Notes under the pieces: generated by a model
What the model saw: only the letters and a program-made list of their open reading frames with translations
Database searches by the model: none
Told to the model about the DNA's origin: nothing
Shown: positions 1-8,039 of the stretch, in pieces
Position numbering within the stretch: position 1 is the first letter of the stretch
How the letters are laid out: each line of letters opens with the position of its first letter
Translations under genes and position numbers: made by a program
Origin: Breznakia blatticola
Lineage (GTDB): Bacteria > Bacillota_I > Bacilli_A > Erysipelotrichales > Erysipelotrichaceae
Length of the DNA stretch: 18,978 nt
Direction: 5' to 3'
Assembly (NCBI RefSeq): GCF_004365815.1
Contig: NZ_SODD01000047.1
Location: 1 to 18,978 of the forward strand

Positions 1-213
1 GGAAGTTCCTTTGCGACAATGATTTTATTTATGGCATACAGTGTAAATGCAAACCAAATACTTAACATGGACTATGTTGCACTAGAGATAGCACAGGCAT
101 TAGCAGGAAGTATTGGGATTGTATTGACTGTACCATTCACATCATTGCTTGGTGCATATATCTTAAGTGCGAAAACAAAAAGAGTAGAAAATACGAGAAC
201 ACAAGGTGAGTAA
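1..213 (+). CDS. C-terminal fragment of a YibE/F-like integral membrane protein (5' end outside the window)
   Basis: Frame 1 is open from base 1 to the TAA at 211-213. The hydrophobic tail (..ALAGSIGIVLTVPFTSLLGAYIL..) resembles the last TM segment of YibE/F family proteins. An intrinsic terminator follows immediately. Confidence 0.5.
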   Translation, partial: GSSFATMILFMAYSVNANQILNMDYVALEIAQALAGSIGIVLTVPFTSLLGAYILSAKTKRVENTRTQGE

Positions 214-229
214 AATACATAATAAAGAG

Positions 230-261
230 AGCTAGGAGGACAAAAACTCTTAGCTTTTTTG
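230..261 (+). terminator. Rho-independent terminator after the YibE/F-like gene
   Basis: AGCTAGGAG (230-238) pairs with CTCTTAGCT (247-255): 9 bp including one G-U, with an 8-nt loop, followed by a T-run ending at 260. Confidence 0.75.
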
Positions 262-289
262 TGCTATACTAATGGCAAGGAGATTTTGT

Positions 290-1444
290 ATGGATGTTAG
301 AGAAGATATAAAACAACTAGAAAATGAAATTTGTTTGATGCGGCGTGAGCTTCATCAAATTCCTGAAACAGGGTTCAATACAAAAAAGACATTGGACTAT
401 ATTGTAGATAAACTGACTACTTTTGGCTATGATACATTTGATTTTAGCTTTGCGAAAAACTCTGTAGTCGTACAACTAAAAGTAAATGATGCACCTACAT
501 CAATCGGATTTCGTAGTGATATGGATGCTTTACCATTAAAAGAAGAAACCAAAAGATCTTTTGCTTCAACAAGTGAAAATAGCCATGCTTGTGGTCATGA
601 TGGACATATGGCTGCTTTATTAGGACTTTGTAAGTATGTAATGGAGCATAAAGATCACATAAAGAAAAACATTACCTTTATCTTCCAACCAGCTGAAGAA
701 GGTCCTGGTGGGGCAAAAGTAATGATTGAAAATGGATTATTTACTACTTATCCAATGGAGTGCATATTTGGTGTTCATATGATGGGTGAAGTAGATGAAG
801 GTATTATTGCTTGTCGACCTGGTCCGATGATGGCTCGCAATGGAGAGCTCTTTGTAGATATCATAGGAAAGGGAACACATGGCGCAACACCACATTTAGG
901 AAGTGATACAATTGTTGCTGGTAGCGCATTTGTGAGTGCCTTACAAAGCATTAGCTCAAGAAACATCAATCCACTTCATAGTAGTGTAGTTACGATAGGA
1001 ACGTTCCATGCTGGAAGTGCTGAAAACATCGTCGCTGAGACATGTAAAATGAAAGGTACAATTCGAGCATTTCAAGATGATACATATGAACTCATAAAAA
1101 ATAGAATCCAAGAAATTGCAGAAGGGATTGCTAAGGCATATCAGGTGAATATTGATGCGAGAGTCGTTGATTATTATTTTGTTGTTGATAATGATAAGAA
1201 ACTTTACGAGTTATTAGATACTGTCTTAAAAGATGAATTGTTAGAAATTGATCCAAAGATGGTTGCTGAAGACTTCTCGTTTTATCAAAGACAAGTTCCC
1301 GGCTTATTTTATTATGTTGGAACACGAAGCAAAACTTATGATCAAAATCTACATAGTGCAAAATATGATTTTGATGAAAAGGTATTACTACATGCTATTG
1401 AAACAAATGTTCGTTTGCTAGAAGGGATGGGTGTCTATGATTGA
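290..1444 (+). CDS. M20/M20D family amidohydrolase (N-acyl-amino-acid amidohydrolase / hippurate hydrolase-like)
   Basis: The length and the metal-ligand motif HACGHDGH are typical of M20D aminoacylases. AAGGAG at 277-282 lies 7 nt before the ATG at 290. The ORF-track start at 272 has no SD and sits against the upstream terminator, so 290 is preferred. Confidence 0.85.
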   Translation: MDVREDIKQLENEICLMRRELHQIPETGFNTKKTLDYIVDKLTTFGYDTFDFSFAKNSVVVQLKVNDAPTSIGFRSDMDALPLKEETKRSFASTSENSHACGHDGHMAALLGLCKYVMEHKDHIKKNITFIFQPAEEGPGGAKVMIENGLFTTYPMECIFGVHMMGEVDEGIIACRPGPMMARNGELFVDIIGKGTHGATPHLGSDTIVAGSAFVSALQSISSRNINPLHSSVVTIGTFHAGSAENIVAETCKMKGTIRAFQDDTYELIKNRIQEIAEGIAKAYQVNIDARVVDYYFVVDNDKKLYELLDTVLKDELLEIDPKMVAEDFSFYQRQVPGLFYYVGTRSKTYDQNLHSAKYDFDEKVLLHAIETNVRLLEGMGVYD

Positions 1445-2156
1445 TGTACATTGTCATATTCTGTACCGAGTAGATGATGCAAGTCAACGATCTACCGAAT
1501 CGTTGGATATGTTAAAAGTTGCTGCTGCAGATGGAGTGAAAGTCATTGCTGCAACGAGTCATATCAAACCTCCAATGTATGAAAATACAAAAGCGGATTT
1601 ACAACATGCACTAGAAAATGTACAAGCGTTGATTGAAGCTAATCATCTAGATATTGAAGTGATATTAGGTGCAGAGAACTTTCTAAATCATAAAAGTATG
1701 CACTTGTTAGATGAAGATGGCTTTGTGACATATGGTGATTATGGCAAATATATGTTAGTTGAATTTGCATGGACAAAAAATGCAATGGATAAACCAACTA
1801 GCTATTTACAGCGAATCATTGATAAAGGATTCATACCAGTTGTTGCACATCCTGAACGCTATCAATGGGTTCATGAAGATTATGAATTGGTTCGTTTGTG
1901 GCGTAAGATGGGATGCTTAATGCAAGTAAATCGTACAAGTGTATTGCAACTTGATAAAATGCAAAAAGCAAATGAGTTTGCTACACGTTTACTTGAAGAT
2001 GATTTAGTAGATTGTATTGCCACTGATTCTCACGCTCCATATGCACCGCGTTTACCAAAACTTAGTGATGTATATGTATACATTAGTAAACACTATGGAG
2101 AAGAAAAAGCGAAATCTTATTTAATTGATGTACCACAGCAAATTATAAGTAAATAA
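1437..2156 (+). CDS. PHP-domain protein-tyrosine phosphatase, CpsB/YwqE family
   Basis: The N-terminus MIDVHCHILYRVDDAS (HxH..DD) is followed by the ATSH, GAE, AHPERY and ATDSHA motifs, the metal-binding signature set of CpsB/YwqE PHP phosphatases. The ATG at 1437 (alternative GTG at 1431) overlaps the stop of the upstream gene at 1442-1444, which suggests translational coupling. Confidence 0.8.
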   Translation: MIDVHCHILYRVDDASQRSTESLDMLKVAAADGVKVIAATSHIKPPMYENTKADLQHALENVQALIEANHLDIEVILGAENFLNHKSMHLLDEDGFVTYGDYGKYMLVEFAWTKNAMDKPTSYLQRIIDKGFIPVVAHPERYQWVHEDYELVRLWRKMGCLMQVNRTSVLQLDKMQKANEFATRLLEDDLVDCIATDSHAPYAPRLPKLSDVYVYISKHYGEEKAKSYLIDVPQQIISK

Positions 2157-2184
2157 AAATGTCACAAACGTGGCATTTTTTTGT
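2155..2184 (+). terminator. Rho-independent terminator after the PHP phosphatase gene (A-run on the 5' side, so possibly bidirectional)
   Basis: ATGTCAC (2159-2165) pairs with GTGGCAT (2170-2176) including one G-U, with loop AAAC, followed by a T-run at 2176-2182. The flanking A-run at 2155-2159 would give a short U-tract on the minus strand. Confidence 0.7.
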
Positions 2185-2202
2185 TAGGTATTTTCAATAA
2201 AG

Positions 2203-2233
2203 TATAAAAAAAGAAGGAACTTAATCCTTCTTT
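2203..2233 (-). terminator. Rho-independent terminator of the foldase-foldase-hit operon
   Basis: On the minus strand AAAGAAGGA / TCCTTCTTT form a 9-bp stem (plus-strand coordinates 2210-2218 and 2225-2233). The hit stop codon lies in the 6-nt loop. A U-run follows, the complement of the A-run at 2206-2211. Confidence 0.7.
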
Positions 2234-2619
2234 AGTAATTGCTGTAATGCTGGTAAATCTTGTTCAGGACTTTGTTTGAATTCAATAACAACATCGTCGT
2301 TTTCAGCATAGCGGGGAATGAGGTGAACATGAAAGTGGAAAACACTTTGTCCAGCAACTTCATTCACATTGCTTAGTATATTCATACCTGTACAAGATAA
2401 TTTATCCATGTAGTCTTTTGCAAGATCTTGTGCAACAGCCATAACTTTTTGCAAAGTTTCTGGCTCTACATCAATAAAGTTTTCATAATGTTTTTTTGGA
2501 ATGACTAGTGTATGTCCTTTTGTTACTTGAGAGATATCAAGGAAGGCAAGTACATCACTATCTTCGTATACTTTATATGATGGAATTTCACCATCGACAA
2601 TCTTACAGAAAATACACAT
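2221..2619 (-). CDS. hit: HIT-family (Hint-like) nucleotide hydrolase
   Basis: N-terminus CIFCKI, the histidine triad HFHVHLIPR and a size of 132 aa. It starts 2 nt downstream of the preceding gene in the same operon. Confidence 0.9.
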   Translation of the reverse strand: MCIFCKIVDGEIPSYKVYEDSDVLAFLDISQVTKGHTLVIPKKHYENFIDVEPETLQKVMAVAQDLAKDYMDKLSCTGMNILSNVNEVAGQSVFHFHVHLIPRYAENDDVVIEFKQSPEQDLPALQQLLKKD

Positions 2620-2621
2620 AA

Positions 2622-3521
2622 CTATTTCTCAAACTTTGAACTTGATGACAATAGATCTTGGTAGATATTTACATCATGAATTGAGTAATCGTATTTATCT
2701 AAGAAGTATGCAAATGCACGGTCTGCCAAAGGTTTTGGTGCATTTTCTTCTGTAGAAGCAGAAATTGAAATTTCTGAAATATTTTTAATTGCATCTTCTT
2801 TGAATTTTTTATAGTCTTTTTCAGTTACTTTAACAATATAGTAAGTTTCAGCACTTGGATCTTGTAGCATATTGTCTACAACTCCGTTTTTGTCAGCTTC
2901 TTCAATGTATTTCCATACAACATCAGGTAGTCCGCTATTTGTATTGTAAATAGCTTCAGAACCGTTATATGTACCTTCATCACCATATTCTTTGGCAATA
3001 GCTGCAAAGTCAGCATCTTTTTTCTTAGCTGCTTCTAATGCTTTTTTTGCTTTCTCTTCATCTTTTACTTGGAAGACTTGAGCTTTTCTAGGTTTGAATT
3101 CTTTTACTAATTCAGCTAGGTTATCTTTTACATATAATGAAGTTAATTTATTCATACGTGCATTTAATAAAATAACATCGTTGTAGAATGCTTCTTCATC
3201 TTTGTAACCATAGCTTTTGTATGTTGTTTCCCATTGGTCCCCATACATTTCTTTGTAGTAAGCAAGATCTTCATCCGCTTGTTTTTTGATATCATCATCA
3301 ACTTTTACAAGTTTATCTACTAGGATTTCACTCATTGCGCGTTGTACAGGTGTAATGTTTCCTTGTGCAACTAATCCTGTATAAATATCGCCTTTAGTGA
3401 TTTCTTCATCACCAACTTTGATAAGTACTTTATCATCATCTTTTACTTGTGTTGTTGCGTTGCTACATCCACTAACGAGTAATAGGCTTGCACAAGCAAC
3501 TGTAAGTATTCTCTTTTTCAT
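2622..3521 (-). CDS. PrsA-like foldase lipoprotein with a degenerate (His-less) parvulin-like domain
   Basis: The signal peptide and lipobox are MKKRILTVACASLLLVSG|C. The central region aligns by eye to a parvulin domain (..DFAAIAKEYGDEG..), but the two conserved His positions read KAQVFQV and TYYIVKV. Confidence 0.7.
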   Translation of the reverse strand: MKKRILTVACASLLLVSGCSNATTQVKDDDKVLIKVGDEEITKGDIYTGLVAQGNITPVQRAMSEILVDKLVKVDDDIKKQADEDLAYYKEMYGDQWETTYKSYGYKDEEAFYNDVILLNARMNKLTSLYVKDNLAELVKEFKPRKAQVFQVKDEEKAKKALEAAKKKDADFAAIAKEYGDEGTYNGSEAIYNTNSGLPDVVWKYIEEADKNGVVDNMLQDPSAETYYIVKVTEKDYKKFKEDAIKNISEISISASTEENAPKPLADRAFAYFLDKYDYSIHDVNIYQDLLSSSSKFEK

Positions 3522-3536
3522 TGTGTGTTCCTCCTA

Positions 3537-4553
3537 TTATTCTTTCTCTGTTTCAACGCCCATGTATGTAAGCAGTTGCGCTTTTAAGTCTTTGTCTTTA
3601 ATTTCTACACTAAGTTTTTCTGCTTTTTCCCAAACGACTTTCTTACGTAGGTTAGGGTTCGCTTCTTGTACAGCTGTAACTACTGCATCTGTGTAGTCTT
3701 TTAACATTTTGTCTTTCTTTGTTGTGTCAATTTTAATTTTGTGGTATCCGTGTTCGGTACGAACCCATCCAGATACTTCACCATCTTTTAATTTCCATGC
3801 AGCATCTTTAAATTCACTTACTAAAGAGCTATCACTTGTTTGAATACCTAAGCTACCATTATTTACTGCACTGTTTGTATCTTCAGAGTATTCTTTTGCA
3901 ATTTTACCAAAATCTTCATCTTTTAATAATTCATCGATTTTGTCCATTTTTGCTTGTTGTTCTGCAGTTACATCTTTGTCTTTTTCTACTTTCACAAGAA
4001 TGTGACTAATTACTCGTGGAGATTTTTCTTCATAAATCTTGTCGAATAATTCTGGATTATCTTTTACATAATCGTTCATCATCTTCTTAGCTTTTTCGAT
4101 ATCTAAGAAATAGTCTTCGAAATCTTCAACTCCAGAATACCCAAGCTTTTGAAGTTCTGTATCCATATAGCTTTCATAATTCTTTCCTTGCGTTGATTTA
4201 AAACTTGCTTCTGCAGCTTCGAAGTTTTCCTCTGCAGTTTTTTTCATTTCATCTGTTGCTTTTACACTTTGACTTACAACTTCTCGTTCTAACATCGTAT
4301 ATGCAAGAATGACTCCACTAGGGGTTTCACTATCGCTACCTGTGATTGAGAACAGCTCATCATAATATTCGTCAGCTGTGTAATTTTTATTGGCAAGAGA
4401 GAAAATCACATCCTTACCATCTGCAGATTTAGCTCCGATGGTATCCTTGTTTGTGTCCCAAGCAAAATAGATCGCAAATGCGACTAAAATTGTTCCGACT
4501 AGGATAACAAACCAGAATTTTTTTAGGATATCCTTGATTGTTTCAATATTCAT
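3537..4553 (-). CDS. Membrane-anchored PpiC/parvulin-type peptidyl-prolyl isomerase (PrsA/PpiD-like foldase)
   Basis: It has an N-terminal signal-anchor (FWFVILVGTILVAFAIYFAW) and a canonical parvulin domain (VISHILVKV ... DFGKIAKEYSEDTNSAVNNGSLG ... HGYHKIKI). AGGAGG lies 4 nt before the ATG at 4553. The longer ORF start at 4586 has no SD. Confidence 0.85.
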   Translation of the reverse strand: MNIETIKDILKKFWFVILVGTILVAFAIYFAWDTNKDTIGAKSADGKDVIFSLANKNYTADEYYDELFSITGSDSETPSGVILAYTMLEREVVSQSVKATDEMKKTAEENFEAAEASFKSTQGKNYESYMDTELQKLGYSGVEDFEDYFLDIEKAKKMMNDYVKDNPELFDKIYEEKSPRVISHILVKVEKDKDVTAEQQAKMDKIDELLKDEDFGKIAKEYSEDTNSAVNNGSLGIQTSDSSLVSEFKDAAWKLKDGEVSGWVRTEHGYHKIKIDTTKKDKMLKDYTDAVVTAVQEANPNLRKKVVWEKAEKLSVEIKDKDLKAQLLTYMGVETEKE

Positions 4554-4606
4554 AATGCCTCCTACTATGCTTTTGCTTTTTTGCATACGCTAGTATATTA
4601 TATAGG

Positions 4607-4631
4607 AAACACTAGTATAATTCTAGTGTTT
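4607..4631. promoter_or_regulatory. Perfect inverted repeat AAACACTAG-N7-CTAGTGTTT (candidate operator) in the divergent foldase/suf intergenic region
   Basis: The 9-bp arms are perfectly complementary (4607-4615 and 4623-4631). The 7-bp spacer is TATAATT. A third CTAGTATA copy lies at 4589-4596. There is no flanking T-run, so it is not a terminator. Confidence 0.45.
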
Positions 4632-4691
4632 CAACGAAAAGTTCACACGAACTTCATGAAAAAAATATTTCGCAAAGTTAAGTCAACATCA

Positions 4692-4720
4692 TTGATTAAA
4701 CTGCACTTTGTGAGTACAAT
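4692..4720 (+). promoter_or_regulatory. Candidate sigma-A promoter of the suf operon
   Basis: TTGATT (4692-4697), a 17-nt spacer, then TACAAT (4715-4720), about 25 nt upstream of the sufC ATG. An AGAGG SD precedes that start. Confidence 0.55.
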
Positions 4721-4745
4721 AAGAAGAATGAGAGGTAGATGACAA

Positions 4746-5549
4746 ATGGCGAAGTTAATAATTAAGGATTTACATGTCCAAATTAATGAAAAAGAAATTT
4801 TAAAGGGAATCAACTTAGAAGTTGATACTCATGAAATACATGCAATCATGGGTCCAAACGGACAAGGGAAAAGTACGCTTCTTTCTGCAATTATGGGAGA
4901 CCCGAAATTCACAGTAACAAAAGGTAGTATTACATTTGATGGAAAAGATGTCTTAGCGATGAGTGTTGATGAAAGAAGTCGTGTAGGTATTTTCTTAGGA
5001 ATGCAATATCCAGCTGAAATTCCAGGAGTGAATAACTCTGATTTTATGCGTGCTGCAATGAATGCACGTTTAGAGAAACCTATTTCTTTATTTAAGTTCA
5101 TTAAAGAAATGGAAGGTGCAATTGAAGATTTAGGATTACAAAGTGAAATGGCTCACCGTAACTTAAACGAAGGATTCTCAGGTGGTGAGAAAAAACGTAA
5201 TGAAATTGTACAAATGAAACTATTAAAACCAAGCTTAGCTATGCTTGATGAAATCGATTCTGGTCTTGATGTTGATGCACTTCAAATTGTTGCTAACGCA
5301 GTATATGAATTATTTAATAGTCAAGATTTATCTTTATTGATTGTTTCTCACTATGAACGTTTCTTAGATTTAATTAAACCAACACATGTACACGTGTTAC
5401 TTGATGGAAAAATTCAAGAAACTGGTGGATATGAATTAATTAAGAAAATCGATACTGAAGGATATGACTGGGTATACGATAAATACGGTGTTGAAAAACC
5501 TGCAATTCAAACGCGTATGTCTTTAGATGCATGTGGAGCAAAAAAATAA
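4746..5549 (+). CDS. sufC: Fe-S cluster assembly ATPase SufC
   Basis: Walker A GPNGQGKST, ABC signature FSGGEKKR, Walker B LAMLDEIDSGLD and first position in a sufCDSUB gene order. Confidence 0.95.
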   Translation: MAKLIIKDLHVQINEKEILKGINLEVDTHEIHAIMGPNGQGKSTLLSAIMGDPKFTVTKGSITFDGKDVLAMSVDERSRVGIFLGMQYPAEIPGVNNSDFMRAAMNARLEKPISLFKFIKEMEGAIEDLGLQSEMAHRNLNEGFSGGEKKRNEIVQMKLLKPSLAMLDEIDSGLDVDALQIVANAVYELFNSQDLSLLIVSHYERFLDLIKPTHVHVLLDGKIQETGGYELIKKIDTEGYDWVYDKYGVEKPAIQTRMSLDACGAKK

Positions 5550-6343
5550 TGGAACAACTTGTAGGGAATAGTGTACTACATCTTGATACTTCCAAAGTTG
5601 AAACCTATGAGCTTCACGATATGCAGGAATTAGTGATAACAACTACTGCGAATACTGCAAATGAGTTAGTTATCAAACTAGTGGAAGATATGGATCTTCA
5701 TTGTAAGATTCAACTAGCTAATCACAGCCAATTACATATTCTTTTTGATAATGGAGCAAAACATACAAAACTTCAAATCGAAGCAGATGTACAATTAGCT
5801 GCCACAATTAAAATCGGAATGTATGAGTTGAGTGATAGTGAAGTACAAGAGAAAGTACTTGTAAACTTATTAGCTGAAGATGCAACAGCAAAAATTGTAT
5901 CAACAAGTATTTCAACAACAAAGAAAGCATTTGATATTGAGTGTATACATCATGCACCAAATACAAATTCGGATATGAATAACTTTGAAATTTCTGATGC
6001 AAAAGCAAACTATGATTTGCGTGCATGTGGAACGATTAAGAAAGGTGCATTTGGTAGTAAGTCACACCAAATGAGTCGTATCTTAACCACAAGCGATGAT
6101 CAAGTAAGTAAAGCAACACCTGTCTTGCTAATTGATGAAAATGATGTAATGGCAAGTCATGCAAACTCGATGGGAAAAATGGATGAACAACATTTATACT
6201 ATTTAACAAGTCGTGGGATGGATGAAAAACAAGCCAAGGAACTATTGACGCTTTCGTATTTATTGCCAATTAGTGAAGTGTTTGATAATGAAGATATGCG
6301 TAGTGAATATATTAATAAGGTACGTAGTCGGGTAGGTTTATAA
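5549..6343 (+). CDS. sufD: Fe-S cluster assembly protein SufD (short form, about 264 aa)
   Basis: It sits between sufC and sufS. The C-terminal region (..HANSMGKMDEQHLYYLTSRGMDEKQAKELL..) parallels the SufB C-terminus (..[21 protein letters not shown]..), as expected for SufB/SufD paralogs. Its ATG shares the final A of the sufC TAA (TAATG). The ORF-track start at 5531 lies inside sufC. Confidence 0.8.
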   Translation: MEQLVGNSVLHLDTSKVETYELHDMQELVITTTANTANELVIKLVEDMDLHCKIQLANHSQLHILFDNGAKHTKLQIEADVQLAATIKIGMYELSDSEVQEKVLVNLLAEDATAKIVSTSISTTKKAFDIECIHHAPNTNSDMNNFEISDAKANYDLRACGTIKKGAFGSKSHQMSRILTTSDDQVSKATPVLLIDENDVMASHANSMGKMDEQHLYYLTSRGMDEKQAKELLTLSYLLPISEVFDNEDMRSEYINKVRSRVGL

Positions 6344-6344
6344 T

Positions 6345-7577
6345 ATGGATGTAAAGCGTATAAGAGAAGACTTTCCGATGTTGAAAGTCAAAAGTAAAAA
6401 AGGATATGACTTAATCTATTTTGATAATGCCGCAACTGCATTTAAACCATACAGTGTTATTGATGCAGTTACAAAGTACTATACAAATTATTCAGTAAAT
6501 GCACATCGTGGAGATTATGAACTTGGATTTACTGTAGATACACTATATGAAGAAGCACGCGAACGTGTAGCAAAGTTTATCAATTGTGAGAAAAAAGAAG
6601 TTGTGTTTACAACAGGAGCTTCTTTTGGATTAAACCAAGTTGCCTACGGGTATGCTGGAAAACACTTACAACCAGGTGATGTGATTTTAACAGATGAAGC
6701 AGAACATGCTTCAAACTATTTGCCTTGGATGAATATTGCAGAAGCAAAAGGTGCAAAACTAGAATTTATCCCATTGGATGACAATGGAATGATTACACCT
6801 GAACAAGTCGAAAAGATGATGTCAAATAAAGTAAAAATCATTGCGATTGCACATGTTACAAATGTCCTTGGTGCAGAAATTGATATTAAAGAAATTAGTC
6901 GTATTGCTCATGAACATGGAGCAATTATCGTTGTTGATGGGGCACAAAGTGCACCACACATGAAAGTAGATATGAAAGATCTTGATTGTGATTTCTTTGC
7001 ATTCAGTGGACATAAATTATGTGGTTCTACAGGAGTGGGAGTACTATATGGTAAATATGAATTGCTGGAAGATATGGAACCTATGTTATTAGGTGGAGGA
7101 AGTAATGCTCGCTATGACATGTGTGGAAATATTTTAATGAAAAATCCACCATATAAATTCGAACCAGGAACACCACCAATTGAAGCAACACTAGGAATGA
7201 AAGCAGCAATTGATTATATAGATGCAATTGGTATGGATACGATTTATACATACGAGCATGAATTGCGTGATTATATGCTTAAGAAAATGCAAAGTGAACT
7301 TGATAATGTTGAGATTTATAATGCAGATGTTGAAAGCAGTATTATTACATTCAACATAAAAGATGTCTTTAGCCAGGATGCAGCTACATATTTTTCAGAT
7401 AAAGGAATTAGTTTACGTAGTGGTCAACACTGCGCAAAGCTATTGATGGATGTGTTGCAAACACCAAGTACATTACGTGCAAGTTTAGCTTTCTACAATA
7501 CAAAAGAAGAAGTTGATCACTTTATCGAAGTATGTAAAAGCATAAATAAAGAATCCATGTTAGATGTATTCTTTTAG
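6345..7577 (+). CDS. sufS: Cysteine desulfurase SufS (class II aminotransferase class V)
   Basis: PLP-lysine context FSGHKLCG, catalytic cysteine loop RSGQHCA, a size of 410 aa and its position upstream of sufU. Confidence 0.95.
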   Translation: MDVKRIREDFPMLKVKSKKGYDLIYFDNAATAFKPYSVIDAVTKYYTNYSVNAHRGDYELGFTVDTLYEEARERVAKFINCEKKEVVFTTGASFGLNQVAYGYAGKHLQPGDVILTDEAEHASNYLPWMNIAEAKGAKLEFIPLDDNGMITPEQVEKMMSNKVKIIAIAHVTNVLGAEIDIKEISRIAHEHGAIIVVDGAQSAPHMKVDMKDLDCDFFAFSGHKLCGSTGVGVLYGKYELLEDMEPMLLGGGSNARYDMCGNILMKNPPYKFEPGTPPIEATLGMKAAIDYIDAIGMDTIYTYEHELRDYMLKKMQSELDNVEIYNADVESSIITFNIKDVFSQDAATYFSDKGISLRSGQHCAKLLMDVLQTPSTLRASLAFYNTKEEVDHFIEVCKSINKESMLDVFF

Positions 7578-7589
7578 GAGGAAATGTTT

Positions 7590-8039
7590 ATGAGTAGTAT
7601 GATGAACGACCCAATGATTTTACGACAAATCATTATGGATCATGGACAAAATCCAAGAAACCATGAATTATCGAAAGATCCTGAATATAAAGAAAAACAC
7701 ATGGCAAGTGATTCTTGTATTGATGATATCCATGTGCAAGCAAAAATTAAAGATGGAAAGATTGACGATGTTCGTTTTGATGGAGTAGCATGTACCATTT
7801 CAACTTCATCAACTTCGATTATGAGTGAGTTACTTATTGGGAAAACTATTGAAGAAGCACGCGAAATTATTAAAAACTATCGTGCGATGATCGATGAAAA
7901 ACCATATGATGAAGATTTACTTGAAGAAGCAATTGCTTTCCAAAATGTTGGAAAACAAGCCAATCGAATTCACTGTGCCACAATTGGCTGGGATGGTATG
8001 GAAGCTTTAATTGATGAAAGCGAGGAAAACCATGACTGA
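7590..8039 (+). CDS. sufU: SufU (IscU-like sulfur acceptor / Fe-S scaffold-like protein)
   Basis: The three conserved Cys contexts are present ([21 protein letters not shown]). AGGAGG at 7576-7581 is 8 nt before the ATG at 7590; the ORF-track ATG at 7584 is only 2 nt from the SD. Confidence 0.9.
   Translation: MSSMMNDPMILRQIIMDHGQNPRNHELSKDPEYKEKHMASDSCIDDIHVQAKIKDGKIDDVRFDGVACTISTSSTSIMSELLIGKTIEEAREIIKNYRAMIDEKPYDEDLLEEAIAFQNVGKQANRIHCATIGWDGMEALIDESEENHD

Noticed and set aside
4639-4654. A small hairpin, AAGTTC-ACAC-GAACTT, in the foldase/suf intergenic region, considered as a terminator or sRNA element.
   Set aside because: The stem is only 6 bp and no U-run follows on either strand. 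It is too weak to call.
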